From positions 64,001 through 128,000 of the IMG/VR virus record IMGVR_UViG_2881684137_000004: a stretch of DNA of 64,000 nt; one strand, 5' to 3'. Below, in pieces: positions 1 to 9,619 of the stretch. Each line of letters opens with the position of its first letter. Within the stretch, counting starts at the first letter, position 1. A model generated the notes under the pieces. That model did not search any database. It had not been told where the DNA came from and saw nothing but the letters and a program-made list of their open reading frames with translations. Source of the DNA: a virus. Lineage: Duplodnaviria; Heunggongvirae; Uroviricota; Caudoviricetes. The translations under genes were made by a program, and so were the position numbers.

Positions 1-196
1 CATCATCCTCACCATCAAACCCATACCTTCCGTCTCTGTTTTCGATATAGAGTCTCCTCGATTCATGTCTTCCGTCCCTAATTTCATCTAGGGTTTGTAA
101 GTTGGGTGCATAGAACCACTCTAGATCTTCAATATAAACACCTGTCTCATCGGACAACTTTTGGAGTCTTTCAACAAACTCTGAAAATCTTTTCAC
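1..196 (-). CDS. Hypothetical protein, runs off the window edge
   Basis: GTG at 196 after GGTGGTG RBS; open to position 1 (VKRFSEFVERLQKLSDETG...). Confidence 0.55.
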   Translation of the reverse strand, partial: MKRFSEFVERLQKLSDETGVYIEDLEWFYAPNLQTLDEIRDGRHESRRLYIENRDGRYGFDGEDD

Positions 197-397
197 CTAG
201 ATCACACCACCTAAAATTCGATTTACAACCTCGTTGACTAATTTATTGTCTGCCTTGCCTTTTACAATTGGCATAATACTTTTCATTACCGAGCCTTTAT
301 CAACAGCGTGACCATTCTTCGCGAGACCTGAAATAACTAATCCCACTTTGAAAGCAACTTCTCCTTCATCCATCTGTTTATAAATCATTCTATACAC
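197..397 (-). CDS. GatB/YqeY C-terminal-like small protein
   Basis: DKGSVMKSIMPIVKGKADNKLVNEVV resembles the YqeY C-terminus. Confidence 0.6.
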   Translation of the reverse strand: MYRMIYKQMDEGEVAFKVGLVISGLAKNGHAVDKGSVMKSIMPIVKGKADNKLVNEVVNRILGGVI

Positions 398-403
398 CTG
401 TTT

Positions 404-598
404 CTATGTATTTTTTTCACTTTCCATTTTCTCCAAGAATCTGACTGCTTGTAAATATCCCACTCGTACCGACCTTTGAATAAAGCCAATCGACACATCG
501 CTCACCTGTAATTCAGATTCTTTTACAGCAGCTACTGCTAGAGGATACTTCTCAACTTCCCAAAACAGTTCAAGCTCCTCCCATTCAAAATTCCTCAT
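404..598 (-). CDS. Stand-alone FtsK-gamma winged-helix domain protein
   Basis: VSIGFIQRSVRVGYLQAVRFLEKMES matches the FtsK gamma pattern; ATGA overlap with upstream gene. Confidence 0.7.
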   Translation of the reverse strand: MRNFEWEELELFWEVEKYPLAVAAVKESELQVSDVSIGFIQRSVRVGYLQAVRFLEKMESEKNT

Positions 599-777
599 TT
601 GAAGCACCTTCTAAAGGCTTTCTTAGTGAATTTTATAGTGTAGAATGGAATAGTAATTAAATAGTAAACTGCGAACATCACCATTACAAGAAATATCACC
701 AGAGGCATTCCATACCATTTAATATATCTTTTTCTGTCAAATAGTTCCTCCCATGTGTTCGGGAAAATGCTACCCAT
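595..777 (-). CDS. Small membrane protein
   Basis: One hydrophobic segment; AAGGAG RBS before ATG 777. Confidence 0.6.
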   Translation of the reverse strand: MGSIFPNTWEELFDRKRYIKWYGMPLVIFLVMVMFAVYYLITIPFYTIKFTKKAFRRCFK

Positions 778-778
778 T

Positions 779-1111
779 TTACTTCTCCTTCCAAGGAAAC
801 TGTGCCTGCTCTTCACTCAATCCCCATTCGATATAGCGATGTTTAATTTTCTTGAAATAATAATTAATTTGATGTCTCAGTATGTATTTAAATCCAAAAT
901 TAGGTGTGTAGAATCTTTCAGTTCTGTCTGACCAGCCATTTTTATTGTATGTTTTGATATCGACTCGTTGATATAATTTTCGTTGTATCATTTGAATTTC
1001 AACGCCTACGCCCTTATCTTCGTCTAGCAGCCTTTTCACCGTATCTACACGTTCAACTTTAATTCCTGTCAATTTTTCACCTCTCAAGTTTTTTATTTCA
1101 TTTTCACTCAC
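779..1111 (-). CDS. Hypothetical protein
   Basis: 110-aa ORF in operon orientation. Confidence 0.6.
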   Translation of the reverse strand: MSENEIKNLRGEKLTGIKVERVDTVKRLLDEDKGVGVEIQMIQRKLYQRVDIKTYNKNGWSDRTERFYTPNFGFKYILRHQINYYFKKIKHRYIEWGLSEEQAQFPWKEK

Positions 1112-1280
1112 CAGATTATTGAACTTTACTTTTTAAAATGTATAATTAGCTTTATTAGAAGTTAGAGAAGCGATATGTTCCATTTGGTCTTCACTCAAAT
1201 ACACATTAAAAGTTAATCCTTTGTATCTCGTACACCCTTTCTCATAATATTATTTACAATAAAAACTAAAATCTATTGCT

Positions 1281-1317
1281 ACTCTTAACAAGGTTAATTT
1301 TTCACCTTGTTAAGAGT
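1281..1317. repeat. Perfect 14-bp inverted repeat
   Basis: ACTCTTAACAAGGT-N9-ACCTTGTTAAGAGT. Confidence 0.85.
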
Positions 1318-1323
1318 TGATAT

Positions 1324-1352
1324 ACTCTAACACATTAAATTCAGATTTGCAA
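1324..1352 (-). promoter_or_regulatory. sigA-like promoter
   Basis: TTGCAA-N17-TAGAGT with TG extension. Confidence 0.5.
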
Positions 1353-1388
1353 TTTTTATTTTTTAAAATTCTATCTCAGAGGAAACTT

Positions 1389-2399
1389 CTATTTCATCTT
1401 GTGAGCATCGAGTTCATAAATGCTTGATCTAGGCAATTCTCTTCCTTCGATTAATTTGATTTTTCCAGATTTATAAGAACTCCAAAATTTATCTACAAAC
1501 AAAGAACTGTATTGATGAATAGCCTCCTCATAATTGTCAATTGCAAAATCCCTAAACCAACCAGAGCATAGAGTGGTACAAATCCGTTTTAAAGCCTTCT
1601 TGTAGCAATTAAAGTAATCCATCCAATCTTCCCCTGCTTGCGGTATAATGTATCTCTCAAGCGCTATAGTATAAGCTTCTTCCTGGACTGCCTGTAACTG
1701 ATATGTATAAGGAAGTTCAAAGAATAAATCTTTCTCGCATTTAGCCATAGTAAAATCTTTCTTCATCATTTCATAAACTGGTTTCTCATGATGTTTCATA
1801 ACTTCGTGGATATCATCATGTATAAAGTAATTTTTCACTGCTAATTTTGAACTGAAAAAATCTTCGTTGGAAACATTAAGTTTTGGTGTTTTGAATTTTG
1901 AATACCTTTCCTTCGCTTCCTCACTACGCAAGAAATAGTATTCTTGCATCAGCCCATCGTGTTCACTCTTATTAGCCATTTTCCTCAAAAGGTTATAATC
2001 ATCCATATTCTTTTCGAAATGTACTGGATAAACCAAGTGAGATCTCTTGGTTAACATTTGATACTCTGGAGTTAAAGTTGCAAATTGATCATCTAAAAAA
2101 CCGTCTATTACAAAATCGGTAACTGCTTCAGCATTATCTAATAGTAACTTTGCCGATGATCCTTCGGTTGCGATTTCTATTTCATATTGCTTTCTCTCTT
2201 CATTTTTTAAGGCGACTGCTTTATATTTGTTTAATTGTGTAGGATAAATTTTGAGAATATATTTTCTGTTCAAAGAATACCATTTATGAAATTCATCTTG
2301 TGACATGAGTACGTCATAATCTGCTTTGAGACAGCGATTAACTACCTCATCGGTTCGTTGTAGTCTAAATGTCAAAGCTTTTGATCCAATTACAATCAT
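1389..2399 (-). CDS. Hypothetical protein (~336 aa)
   Basis: Long ORF; likely start ATG 2399 after AAGGTG RBS. Confidence 0.65.
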   Translation of the reverse strand: MIVIGSKALTFRLQRTDEVVNRCLKADYDVLMSQDEFHKWYSLNRKYILKIYPTQLNKYKAVALKNEERKQYEIEIATEGSSAKLLLDNAEAVTDFVIDGFLDDQFATLTPEYQMLTKRSHLVYPVHFEKNMDDYNLLRKMANKSEHDGLMQEYYFLRSEEAKERYSKFKTPKLNVSNEDFFSSKLAVKNYFIHDDIHEVMKHHEKPVYEMMKKDFTMAKCEKDLFFELPYTYQLQAVQEEAYTIALERYIIPQAGEDWMDYFNCYKKALKRICTTLCSGWFRDFAIDNYEEAIHQYSSLFVDKFWSSYKSGKIKLIEGRELPRSSIYELDAHKMK

Positions 2400-2409
2400 T
2401 GTCCGCACC

Positions 2410-2673
2410 TTATTCTTCGTAATATGAAGACTCTTCCTCTTCATAGTAAGAACTGCTCTCTTCTTCATAATGATCTGAATCATCTCTGAATTTAGCAATA
2501 AGCTCCTCCGGTGTGACTAATAGTGGAACATTATTCTTTTCGGCATAGTGTTTAACTTCATACAATTTATTTTCTACATGTTCTAAAACATCTCCATAAT
2601 AGGTGTGAATATTCTCCTTAATAAAATCCTCAATCTCCATAATCTTTCTTGCAACATACATGAGGTTCTCCAT
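2410..2673 (-). CDS. Hypothetical protein with acidic Ser/Tyr tail
   Basis: C-terminus EEESSSYYEEEESSYYEE. Confidence 0.65.
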   Translation of the reverse strand: MENLMYVARKIMEIEDFIKENIHTYYGDVLEHVENKLYEVKHYAEKNNVPLLVTPEELIAKFRDDSDHYEEESSSYYEEEESSYYEE

Positions 2674-2724
2674 TTATGTAATCTCCTTTATAATTATAAT
2701 TTGATATGAAACCCTTATTTCATA

Positions 2725-3114
2725 CTATTCGTTTTCATATTTCAATTTCAGCTCATTGTATTTTTTTCTTTCATTATCCTCTTTAATTTTAAGCATTCGT
2801 TCTCGATACCTATCTGCCTCTTCTTTCTTAATTCTTTCGTACTCGCTAATATCATGATCTGTGACAATCCCTTTTGAATTAAGTTCCTTTCGTAGCCAGG
2901 AGTGATCAAACAAATACCTTTTCGCTAAATGCTCTGGAAAAATACTATTACACTTACCATCACTGTCAGATTCAACATCGATAACTAATACTCCACCATC
3001 ACCTGTAACAATTGTTATGTAGTCTGCAAACTGAGCCATATGCGTAAAAACAATTGTTTTGCCTAGTAGTTCTTCCTCTTCTGTAATGAAAAACATTCTA
3101 TTTATCCTCCCCAT
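2725..3114 (-). CDS. Hypothetical phage protein
   Basis: ORF track; GGAGG RBS. Confidence 0.6.
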   Translation of the reverse strand: MGRINRMFFITEEEELLGKTIVFTHMAQFADYITIVTGDGGVLVIDVESDSDGKCNSIFPEHLAKRYLFDHSWLRKELNSKGIVTDHDISEYERIKKEEADRYRERMLKIKEDNERKKYNELKLKYENE

Positions 3115-3117
3115 ATA

Positions 3118-3378
3118 TCAATAATGGTCTGAATTGACTCTAACTGTTTCAACATCGTAGGCAATATCATAGTAATCCAATGCTTTGAAAAAGCCATTAA
3201 TCCTAACATGAATCTTATTGTGATAGTAATCGCCACTCATGATTAATTTATTATCATCTAAGTCATAGAGACTCACATCATATTCATCTTCCAAAAAATC
3301 TCTGTCATCTGGAGCATATGCATTAACTAATCTAAACTTCAATGTTTGATCATCGTTACTTCTAAACATCCATATCAA
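3118..3378 (-). CDS. Hypothetical phage protein
   Basis: ORF track; coupled to neighbours. Confidence 0.6.
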   Translation of the reverse strand: MIWMFRSNDDQTLKFRLVNAYAPDDRDFLEDEYDVSLYDLDDNKLIMSGDYYHNKIHVRINGFFKALDYYDIAYDVETVRVNSDHY

Positions 3379-3748
3379 TCCTTTCAGTGTTTGCCACTAT
3401 AAAGAAGGTTGGATTGTAATTATACTTATTGATCCAGGCGTCAATGACCTCCACAAGTTGCAGCTCAAGCTCTTCATAATGCTCAGTTTTTACGTGGCTT
3501 AAATAGTCTTCAGCAACCTCTCCCAATTCATCGAACATAGAATCGGTAATGTGTTCTAGAATACTGTCCACATCAACAGTGGCACCATTACCCACTTCTT
3601 CGACTTGGGCCACATAGAAACTATTGTAATAATCCTTTTCAAAATATTGTTTACCTTCTTCTATCGCCTGCTCTTTTGTGTCGAAATATTTTCCCTCATT
3701 AAAAAACTCCTCATTACCACTGAACGTCCATTTGCCGTGATTGCTCAT
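3362..3748 (-). CDS. Hypothetical phage protein
   Basis: GGGAGG RBS. Confidence 0.65.
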   Translation of the reverse strand: MSNHGKWTFSGNEEFFNEGKYFDTKEQAIEEGKQYFEKDYYNSFYVAQVEEVGNGATVDVDSILEHITDSMFDELGEVAEDYLSHVKTEHYEELELQLVEVIDAWINKYNYNPTFFIVANTERIDMDV

Positions 3749-3785
3749 AATATCCTCCCTTTTAAACTCCTTTGAGACTTACGCT

Positions 3786-4388
3786 TCATTCACAATAAAC
3801 CTCAAGTAAAAAGCCTAATATTTTTGTCTTAATTGTTCCCGCAGATGATGAAATATTGAGTTCAACTAGATCTCCAAATTCATCATATAACTCTGCGGAT
3901 AAATACATATTCTTAATATCATAATTTAATTTATCAGTAAAAATACTAGGAGGCTTATCGGATTCGTGAAATTGATAATGTTTCTGACTATTATAATCGA
4001 TCACCTTATCACTCATCACATCAAAGTAGAAATTATGTCCAGATAGATTTAGTTTGTATTCATTCAACAGTCTTTCATCTGAAATGAATACATATTCCTT
4101 CTTTCTTTTAGATTCGGCATATCTTGCTTCTTTAACATCAAAATAATCTTGTGACAATGTGTGAATGTACGACTTATTTTTAATTGGAATGATGAAAAAG
4201 TCATAGTATGAACACATATGCCTTACGATATCCTCCAAATTTACGTATTCTTGCTTTACTAATAGTTTGTGCAGGACTTGTTCATAAAGACTATCCAATC
4301 TCTTTTTACTGTAATATTTTCTCGAATAGATCAGCATGTCATCATATTCGCCATTTCCAGTACTCAGTTTATAAGCATAGATTCTCAT
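3786..4388 (-). CDS. Hypothetical protein
   Basis: 200-aa ORF; GAGGAG RBS. Confidence 0.6.
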   Translation of the reverse strand: MRIYAYKLSTGNGEYDDMLIYSRKYYSKKRLDSLYEQVLHKLLVKQEYVNLEDIVRHMCSYYDFFIIPIKNKSYIHTLSQDYFDVKEARYAESKRKKEYVFISDERLLNEYKLNLSGHNFYFDVMSDKVIDYNSQKHYQFHESDKPPSIFTDKLNYDIKNMYLSAELYDEFGDLVELNISSSAGTIKTKILGFLLEVYCE

Positions 4389-4633
4389 CTAGTTCTCCTC
4401 ACTCATTATTCCAGACAAATCTTCTGGAAAATCAAGATAATCATATTCATCCCTCAAATGTTCTATGTCCGTGATGGACAATTCTCCAATAGCTCCATTA
4501 TCGAATAATGCTTTAAGTACGCAAAATGATGACAACGAATGTCTCTCAGCAACTTTCTTTCCGTCAAGGTAAATACTAAATGAATTTTAAGCATTCTGCC
4601 TTCGCTCCTATTGTGGTGTGTTTAAAATTACGT

Positions 4634-4819
4634 TTAACTCTTCGATAAACTTTTTGTAATCTTTACTCTTCCGTCCAATGCATTTACAGTACTGATTGGC
4701 AAATCTACTTCATGTTCATCTAAATAATCCTCAATTTCGGAAACTTTGAACTCGTATTTTTCGATCAATCCAAGCAAATATTCAACAATATCGTACTCTT
4801 TTTCATCCATATGTTTCAT
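4634..4819 (-). CDS. Hypothetical protein
   Basis: AAGGGG RBS. Confidence 0.55.
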   Translation of the reverse strand: MKHMDEKEYDIVEYLLGLIEKYEFKVSEIEDYLDEHEVDLPISTVNALDGRVKITKSLSKS

Positions 4820-4851
4820 TCCCCTTTCATTATGAAATCACCATTTCAATC

Positions 4852-5049
4852 CTAAAGTTCTTCCCATTTAGATATGTATGATTTAGCCGCTGTGTTGTCT
4901 GTTGTGTAAAGAATAGTTTTTCCGTATGTTACGAAGCACAACAGCTTCCCCTTAGAAATCTCTTTAGCAAATCTAATATGAACATCTCCATTGCTAAGAT
5001 ATAGAATAACAACCCTTTTCCCAAATATCTTAAATAGTCTTCTCCACAT
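4852..5049 (-). CDS. Hypothetical protein
   Basis: ORF track. Confidence 0.5.
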   Translation of the reverse strand: MWRRLFKIFGKRVVILYLSNGDVHIRFAKEISKGKLLCFVTYGKTILYTTDNTAAKSYISKWEEL

Positions 5050-5101
5050 TCTTTGCTTCTCACCTTTTCAGTTGTAGTAGCTGCATCAACTTCGAATTAT
5101 T

Positions 5102-6403
5102 TTAGTGTAAACTTGGCCCACTTTTATCATCTCTCAACCGTTTAAATACAGGAAATCTTAATGAGATACCGCCATCTTGATTTGACGATTCTTCAAAGTA
5201 CTGAACCTCAACAATACTGCCCATAATCTCTTCTCTTGTATTCCAAATATGGTCTCGCTCGATATCTGTATAGCCTGAACCTACTTTCACCTCATAGCCC
5301 TTGTAATCCACGATCAAAGCTCCAAGAGTGCCTTTAAATTTACCACTACCCTCTTCATAGCCCGTAATTCTGAGATCAACTGTGTGCATCTCTTTTACTT
5401 TTAGTAAGACATCTGAACGCTTGGTAACATAGTGACCTTCTGCTGTATTAATCATAAGACCTTCATGGCCGTCTTTGATTGCTTTGTTTAACAATTCGCT
5501 AATTTTCGTCTTATCTTCACCAACGTACATAGTTTGCAGCAACTTCACATATTCAGTGGTCAGCAAACTATTAAACAAAATCTCCGAATCAATTCTTCTT
5601 TTTTCATATGTATTTTTGGACTTCCCGTTTACAAACTCTTCTAATGGCAATGCATCAAATAAATGAAATTCCAGATCTTTCTTAACCCCATCTTTCCGAA
5701 CAATTTTTTGTGTAGCCCTGAACAAATCTGCACTTGGTAGATTTCCTGGGTTGGTGAGAAGCAGTTCACCATCGTATACATAGTTATCAGGTAGACTCTT
5801 CTCGATCTGTGATTCAATCTCAACTAGTTCATCAATTGGCTGTCCTTGACGAGTGAAGAACTGAACGCTGCCATTCTTTTTGATTGCTACACATCTGATG
5901 CCATCGAGCTTCAATGTCACATAGAACTTACCCTTGATCTTGTGGCCGTGATCTTTATAGGACTTTGCCAATAGTACTTCGAACTCAGGAATTGTTCCTT
6001 TCCCATACACTTTGTTAATTGTTGATGCTGTAATTCCACACTTAAAATCCTTTGTAAACATCTCTTGAAGAAAATCATGTACAGGTGAATCGATGTTAGT
6101 ATCATATGTATTTATGAAATTTGCAATTGCCTTTATATCTTCATCTTTTCCAGAATTATTAGTAGAGATATATTCCATTACATCAAAAACATTTTGAAAT
6201 TGGACTGGATAGTTTTCGTCTTGAAAGTTAGCAAATTTCAGAAGTTTCTTATATTTAATTCCTGTGAGACAGAATGGATCATACATGAATTTTAGAACAT
6301 TCCTGAATTCCTCATTGTCTTTATTCTTTTCCAAGATTGCTTCTTTATCTTTTCTGCCTGATGTCTCTTTTAAATCGTGAAAAGTTTTAACTATATTTTT
6401 CAT
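5102..6403 (-). CDS. ATP-dependent DNA ligase (long form with N-terminal DNA-binding domain)
   Basis: Motif I TLKLDGIR, III YDGEL, IIIa FDAL, IV EGLMI, V LLKVK, VI LRFPVF. Confidence 0.93.
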   Translation of the reverse strand: MKNIVKTFHDLKETSGRKDKEAILEKNKDNEEFRNVLKFMYDPFCLTGIKYKKLLKFANFQDENYPVQFQNVFDVMEYISTNNSGKDEDIKAIANFINTYDTNIDSPVHDFLQEMFTKDFKCGITASTINKVYGKGTIPEFEVLLAKSYKDHGHKIKGKFYVTLKLDGIRCVAIKKNGSVQFFTRQGQPIDELVEIESQIEKSLPDNYVYDGELLLTNPGNLPSADLFRATQKIVRKDGVKKDLEFHLFDALPLEEFVNGKSKNTYEKRRIDSEILFNSLLTTEYVKLLQTMYVGEDKTKISELLNKAIKDGHEGLMINTAEGHYVTKRSDVLLKVKEMHTVDLRITGYEEGSGKFKGTLGALIVDYKGYEVKVGSGYTDIERDHIWNTREEIMGSIVEVQYFEESSNQDGGISLRFPVFKRLRDDKSGPSLH

Positions 6404-6450
6404 TCATAATCTCCTTTTATTGTCCATTTGTATTATTCTTGAATTAAGTT

Positions 6451-6756
6451 TCAATTACAAAGTTCTTTTAATTCCTTTTCCAAACTTTTAATTTTCGCTC
6501 TAATATAAGCAATTTTTATACCAGTTAATTTATTGTATTTATCTTTGTAGCTACATTTAGCCACACCCTTGGAGCCATCATCTAACAAAACAATAGTCTC
6601 ATCTTTGGTATGAATAACTTTCTGTTTTCGCTCAGGAATTCTAAAATAATCTTGCTTTAGAAAGCCTGATGATAAAGACAACTCTGTGAAGTGTTGGCGA
6701 ACTTCTTTGTAGACAATCTCTTTGACTTCAGTGTTAGTAACTTTATTATTCTTCAT
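6451..6756 (-). CDS. Hypothetical protein
   Basis: Between ligase and PARP; AGGAG RBS. Confidence 0.6.
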   Translation of the reverse strand: MKNNKVTNTEVKEIVYKEVRQHFTELSLSSGFLKQDYFRIPERKQKVIHTKDETIVLLDDGSKGVAKCSYKDKYNKLTGIKIAYIRAKIKSLEKELKELCN

Positions 6757-6772
6757 ATTATAAAATCTCCTT

Positions 6773-7981
6773 TTATCGTAATTCTATTAAGTATTTAATA
6801 GTTAATTGATCTTCTTTGTAAACTACAATCTCGTCATTTTTAAGCATGTCTCCAGCATGGGCATGCAAACAATTGCTTTCTGCACAAGACTTTTGAAGTT
6901 GTTCATAATTAAATTCATAATATTTTTTATCGAAAGAGTGAACATTATATGGTTTTCCGTATGCAACATCGAATATCCCCATGAAAGCTGAATTGGAATT
7001 TCCACCTGCCCAATAAGAACCATTCAAAGAAGTGTAACCCAAGCTTTTCTGTGCTTTAGGTGCAAAGTAGATACCATGCCCAAACATTTTTCCTGTGATT
7101 GCTGCCGCTGGTCTAAGTACTAATCCAGTATTGATAATACTCCAAAAATTCTCGTTTTTAGAGCCATGGAACAACAGTCTCTTATCTTTTAGCTTATTGT
7201 GAATAAGAAAATCATCAAACTTTTTCTGTGTTCTAATATTTGTTACTTTCCAAGCGCGATAAAACTTATTCTTGATTGATCCCATCTGTTCTTTTATTAA
7301 ATTATCTTCTTCAGTTGATGTATCTTCAAATACAAGCCCCATAGCCTCTAAAATAGTTTGTTTGGGCTTAGCATTAATTTCTTCCTGTATCACCTTTTCT
7401 TCATCTTCTTGTGATACCTGACCTTTCATTACATCTAACAAATCTTGCTCCTGTTGAAGGATCTGAACAAAATCATTAGTACTTGTAGCTAGGTGTCCTT
7501 TTACATTTCTCATTTTTCTGGGTATTGTTTTAAACAATTCAATAAGAATAGCATTGAAGCGATCCATGGAATCCGTATTCATTAACTTATTAATTACTAT
7601 TTGAGCTTCATCTATCATTGCCTTTGTCACTTTATTTGACGAGATAGTATAATTGTCTTCAATAGCTTTTTTTGCCATTGCTTGCAGCCTAGTAACAATC
7701 GTGGAGATGCTTATATTTTCAATCTCTAAATATTCTTTTCTCTTTGCTGTAATAGGCTCAGAAACAAGCCTGGTTTGATCTACATATCCTTTCTTCAACT
7801 TGCTCTTTAATGTAGATTCCCACCTTGACATCGGATACCTGGTGGATTGATAACCTGACGTACCTATCCTGCCAAATTGAACATCGAATGAATCTCCATC
7901 TTTAATCATTCTATAAAATTTATTATTATTCGCGTTTGCTTCCACTTTAACCAAATAAACTGAATTCAGTCTGACACTCAA
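6773..7981 (-). CDS. WGR-domain poly(ADP-ribose) polymerase-like ADP-ribosyltransferase
   Basis: N-terminal WGR (KFYRM...QFGRIG...KLKKGY), helical regulatory region, catalytic LFHGS / GHGIYFA / NDEIVVY with H-Y-E triad intact. Confidence 0.9.
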   Translation of the reverse strand: MSVRLNSVYLVKVEANANNNKFYRMIKDGDSFDVQFGRIGTSGYQSTRYPMSRWESTLKSKLKKGYVDQTRLVSEPITAKRKEYLEIENISISTIVTRLQAMAKKAIEDNYTISSNKVTKAMIDEAQIVINKLMNTDSMDRFNAILIELFKTIPRKMRNVKGHLATSTNDFVQILQQEQDLLDVMKGQVSQEDEEKVIQEEINAKPKQTILEAMGLVFEDTSTEEDNLIKEQMGSIKNKFYRAWKVTNIRTQKKFDDFLIHNKLKDKRLLFHGSKNENFWSIINTGLVLRPAAAITGKMFGHGIYFAPKAQKSLGYTSLNGSYWAGGNSNSAFMGIFDVAYGKPYNVHSFDKKYYEFNYEQLQKSCAESNCLHAHAGDMLKNDEIVVYKEDQLTIKYLIELR

Positions 7982-8062
7982 TTTTCATACCCCCTCTATA
8001 TGATAAATAAATCTGTTGCAACTACGATAACAGCAAGTATCTTCAAAATTAAGAGTATCGCT

Positions 8063-8257
8063 TTAATACGTCCATTCTTCTTTTTTGTAATCCCTACAAC
8101 TACTAATTTCATCATTATTGTAAAATCCATCTTTTGCATCTTGATATTTTGATTCACAGAATTCAAAGCAGTCATATTCACCTTCCACAACTTCAACATT
8201 GCATTCGTGATTAAAGTTCTCACAATCCAAGCATATACTATCAGTGTTTACTTTCAA
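8063..8257 (-). CDS. Small Cys-rich protein
   Basis: CxxC...C...C...C; likely metal binding. Confidence 0.55.
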   Translation of the reverse strand: MKVNTDSICLDCENFNHECNVEVVEGEYDCFEFCESKYQDAKDGFYNNDEISSCRDYKKEEWTY

Positions 8258-8260
8258 ATC

Positions 8261-8650
8261 TTATTCCCCTTCTCTTCTTTCTTCAAAGTAGTTAACTGTC
8301 TTACCCTGGCTCAATGCATATTCAATTTCTCTTTTAGTGCTGGTACCAATATACCCACCAACATTAATAACATAAATCTCATCAGCCATATCTATTTTTT
8401 GAAAGTGAATTCCGTCCAACATCTCTTTCTCTTGCTCCGTGACATGAATGTGGTCTGCGTGTCCAAATACACCTACTGAGATTACTACATTACCCTCTAA
8501 AGTTAATGCGGCATTCATTTCATTAAACTGATCTTTGAATTTTGTTGATCCACAGAGTGTGATCACTTTTTTCTTTGATTCTCTCCTGCATTTACTAGGA
8601 TACTTATAATGAATCGTTTCATTACAAACTCCACAAGCCTCAATTCTCAT
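8261..8650 (-). CDS. Nucleoside 2-deoxyribosyltransferase-like (DUF4406-type) protein
   Basis: ITLCGS...KIDMADEIYV.N..GYIG.ST..EIEYA; AGGAGG RBS before ATG 8650. Confidence 0.65.
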   Translation of the reverse strand: MRIEACGVCNETIHYKYPSKCRRESKKKVITLCGSTKFKDQFNEMNAALTLEGNVVISVGVFGHADHIHVTEQEKEMLDGIHFQKIDMADEIYVINVGGYIGTSTKREIEYALSQGKTVNYFEERREGE

Positions 8651-8681
8651 TTCCTGCCTCCTATGAAAGACGAATTTCATG

Positions 8682-8999
8682 CTATTGAACTCTCTCTGAG
8701 AGCAATGGATAAATTTCAGTTGCAGCGTAACTGTTTGGATCATATGTATAGTTATGAATGTCTATAATTTCGGCTGCACCTTCAATCACTGGTTTTTGGT
8801 ATTGATTGTCGCTCAACACTTTGAAACTTTTATCGACAATAACCAATCTTAACTTCTTATTGAACAAGTTAGGCACACTGCCTGAATTGATGTAGTAATT
8901 TGTTCTTCCATGTCTATTTTTGTGCATCCAAAATTCAAAGTTATAATTTTGAACCAATACGATTTCTGCTACTTCAATAAAATCATTATCTGTATACAT
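8682..8999 (-). CDS. Hypothetical protein
   Basis: AGGAG RBS. Confidence 0.55.
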   Translation of the reverse strand: MYTDNDFIEVAEIVLVQNYNFEFWMHKNRHGRTNYYINSGSVPNLFNKKLRLVIVDKSFKVLSDNQYQKPVIEGAAEIIDIHNYTYDPNSYAATEIYPLLSERVQ

Positions 9000-9032
9000 T
9001 TATCATTCTCCTATTCTATGTATTGATAAGTC

Positions 9033-9371
9033 TCATGATTTCATCATAAAGTTCATTCTTTTTGAGATATGATCGCTATAATATGAACCATATTTCTTTT
9101 CATTGAATACTCGTTTATGATCCCTGATTATCTCTTTATGGTTGGCAATTCCATAGACAAAAAACGTCAATGGGAATAGCAATGTAGTAACGCATTTGGC
9201 AATCAAACTCGTAAATCTGTGCATAATAATGTGATTATCATTACAGTAATATTCATAATAATCAGTCCAGGTTCGTTGACGATACTTGAACAGTCTGTTG
9301 TGCTGCTTCTTCGTCAAGTTAAATTGTTTGTATCCGTTTTTCAGTGGATCAGCATATTTAAATTCGCTCAA
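9033..9371 (-). CDS. Hypothetical phage protein
   Basis: GAGGAGG RBS. Confidence 0.6.
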   Translation of the reverse strand: MSEFKYADPLKNGYKQFNLTKKQHNRLFKYRQRTWTDYYEYYCNDNHIIMHRFTSLIAKCVTTLLFPLTFFVYGIANHKEIIRDHKRVFNEKKYGSYYSDHISKRMNFMMKS

Positions 9372-9592
9372 ATATTATCCTCCTCATATATCTTCATGTT
9401 CTCTCCGACTTTTTCTCTAATTTCTTTTAATTTCTCTTCAATTGTGAAGATCGAAGCATACCACTCATTAAGAACAGTCATATCCACTATTTGCCCATTG
9501 TTTTGAAATAGAGAAGCAAACTCTCTTACTTCGTCTGATAGTGCAACAATGTCATTAAAGTACTCTTCCTTGGCTGCTACTATAAGCTTCAA
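9368..9592 (-). CDS. Hypothetical protein
   Basis: TTG start after AGGAGG. Confidence 0.55.
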   Translation of the reverse strand: MKLIVAAKEEYFNDIVALSDEVREFASLFQNNGQIVDMTVLNEWYASIFTIEEKLKEIREKVGENMKIYEEDNI

Positions 9593-9619
9593 TTTACAAC
9601 CTCCTATAAAATCCTGGAT

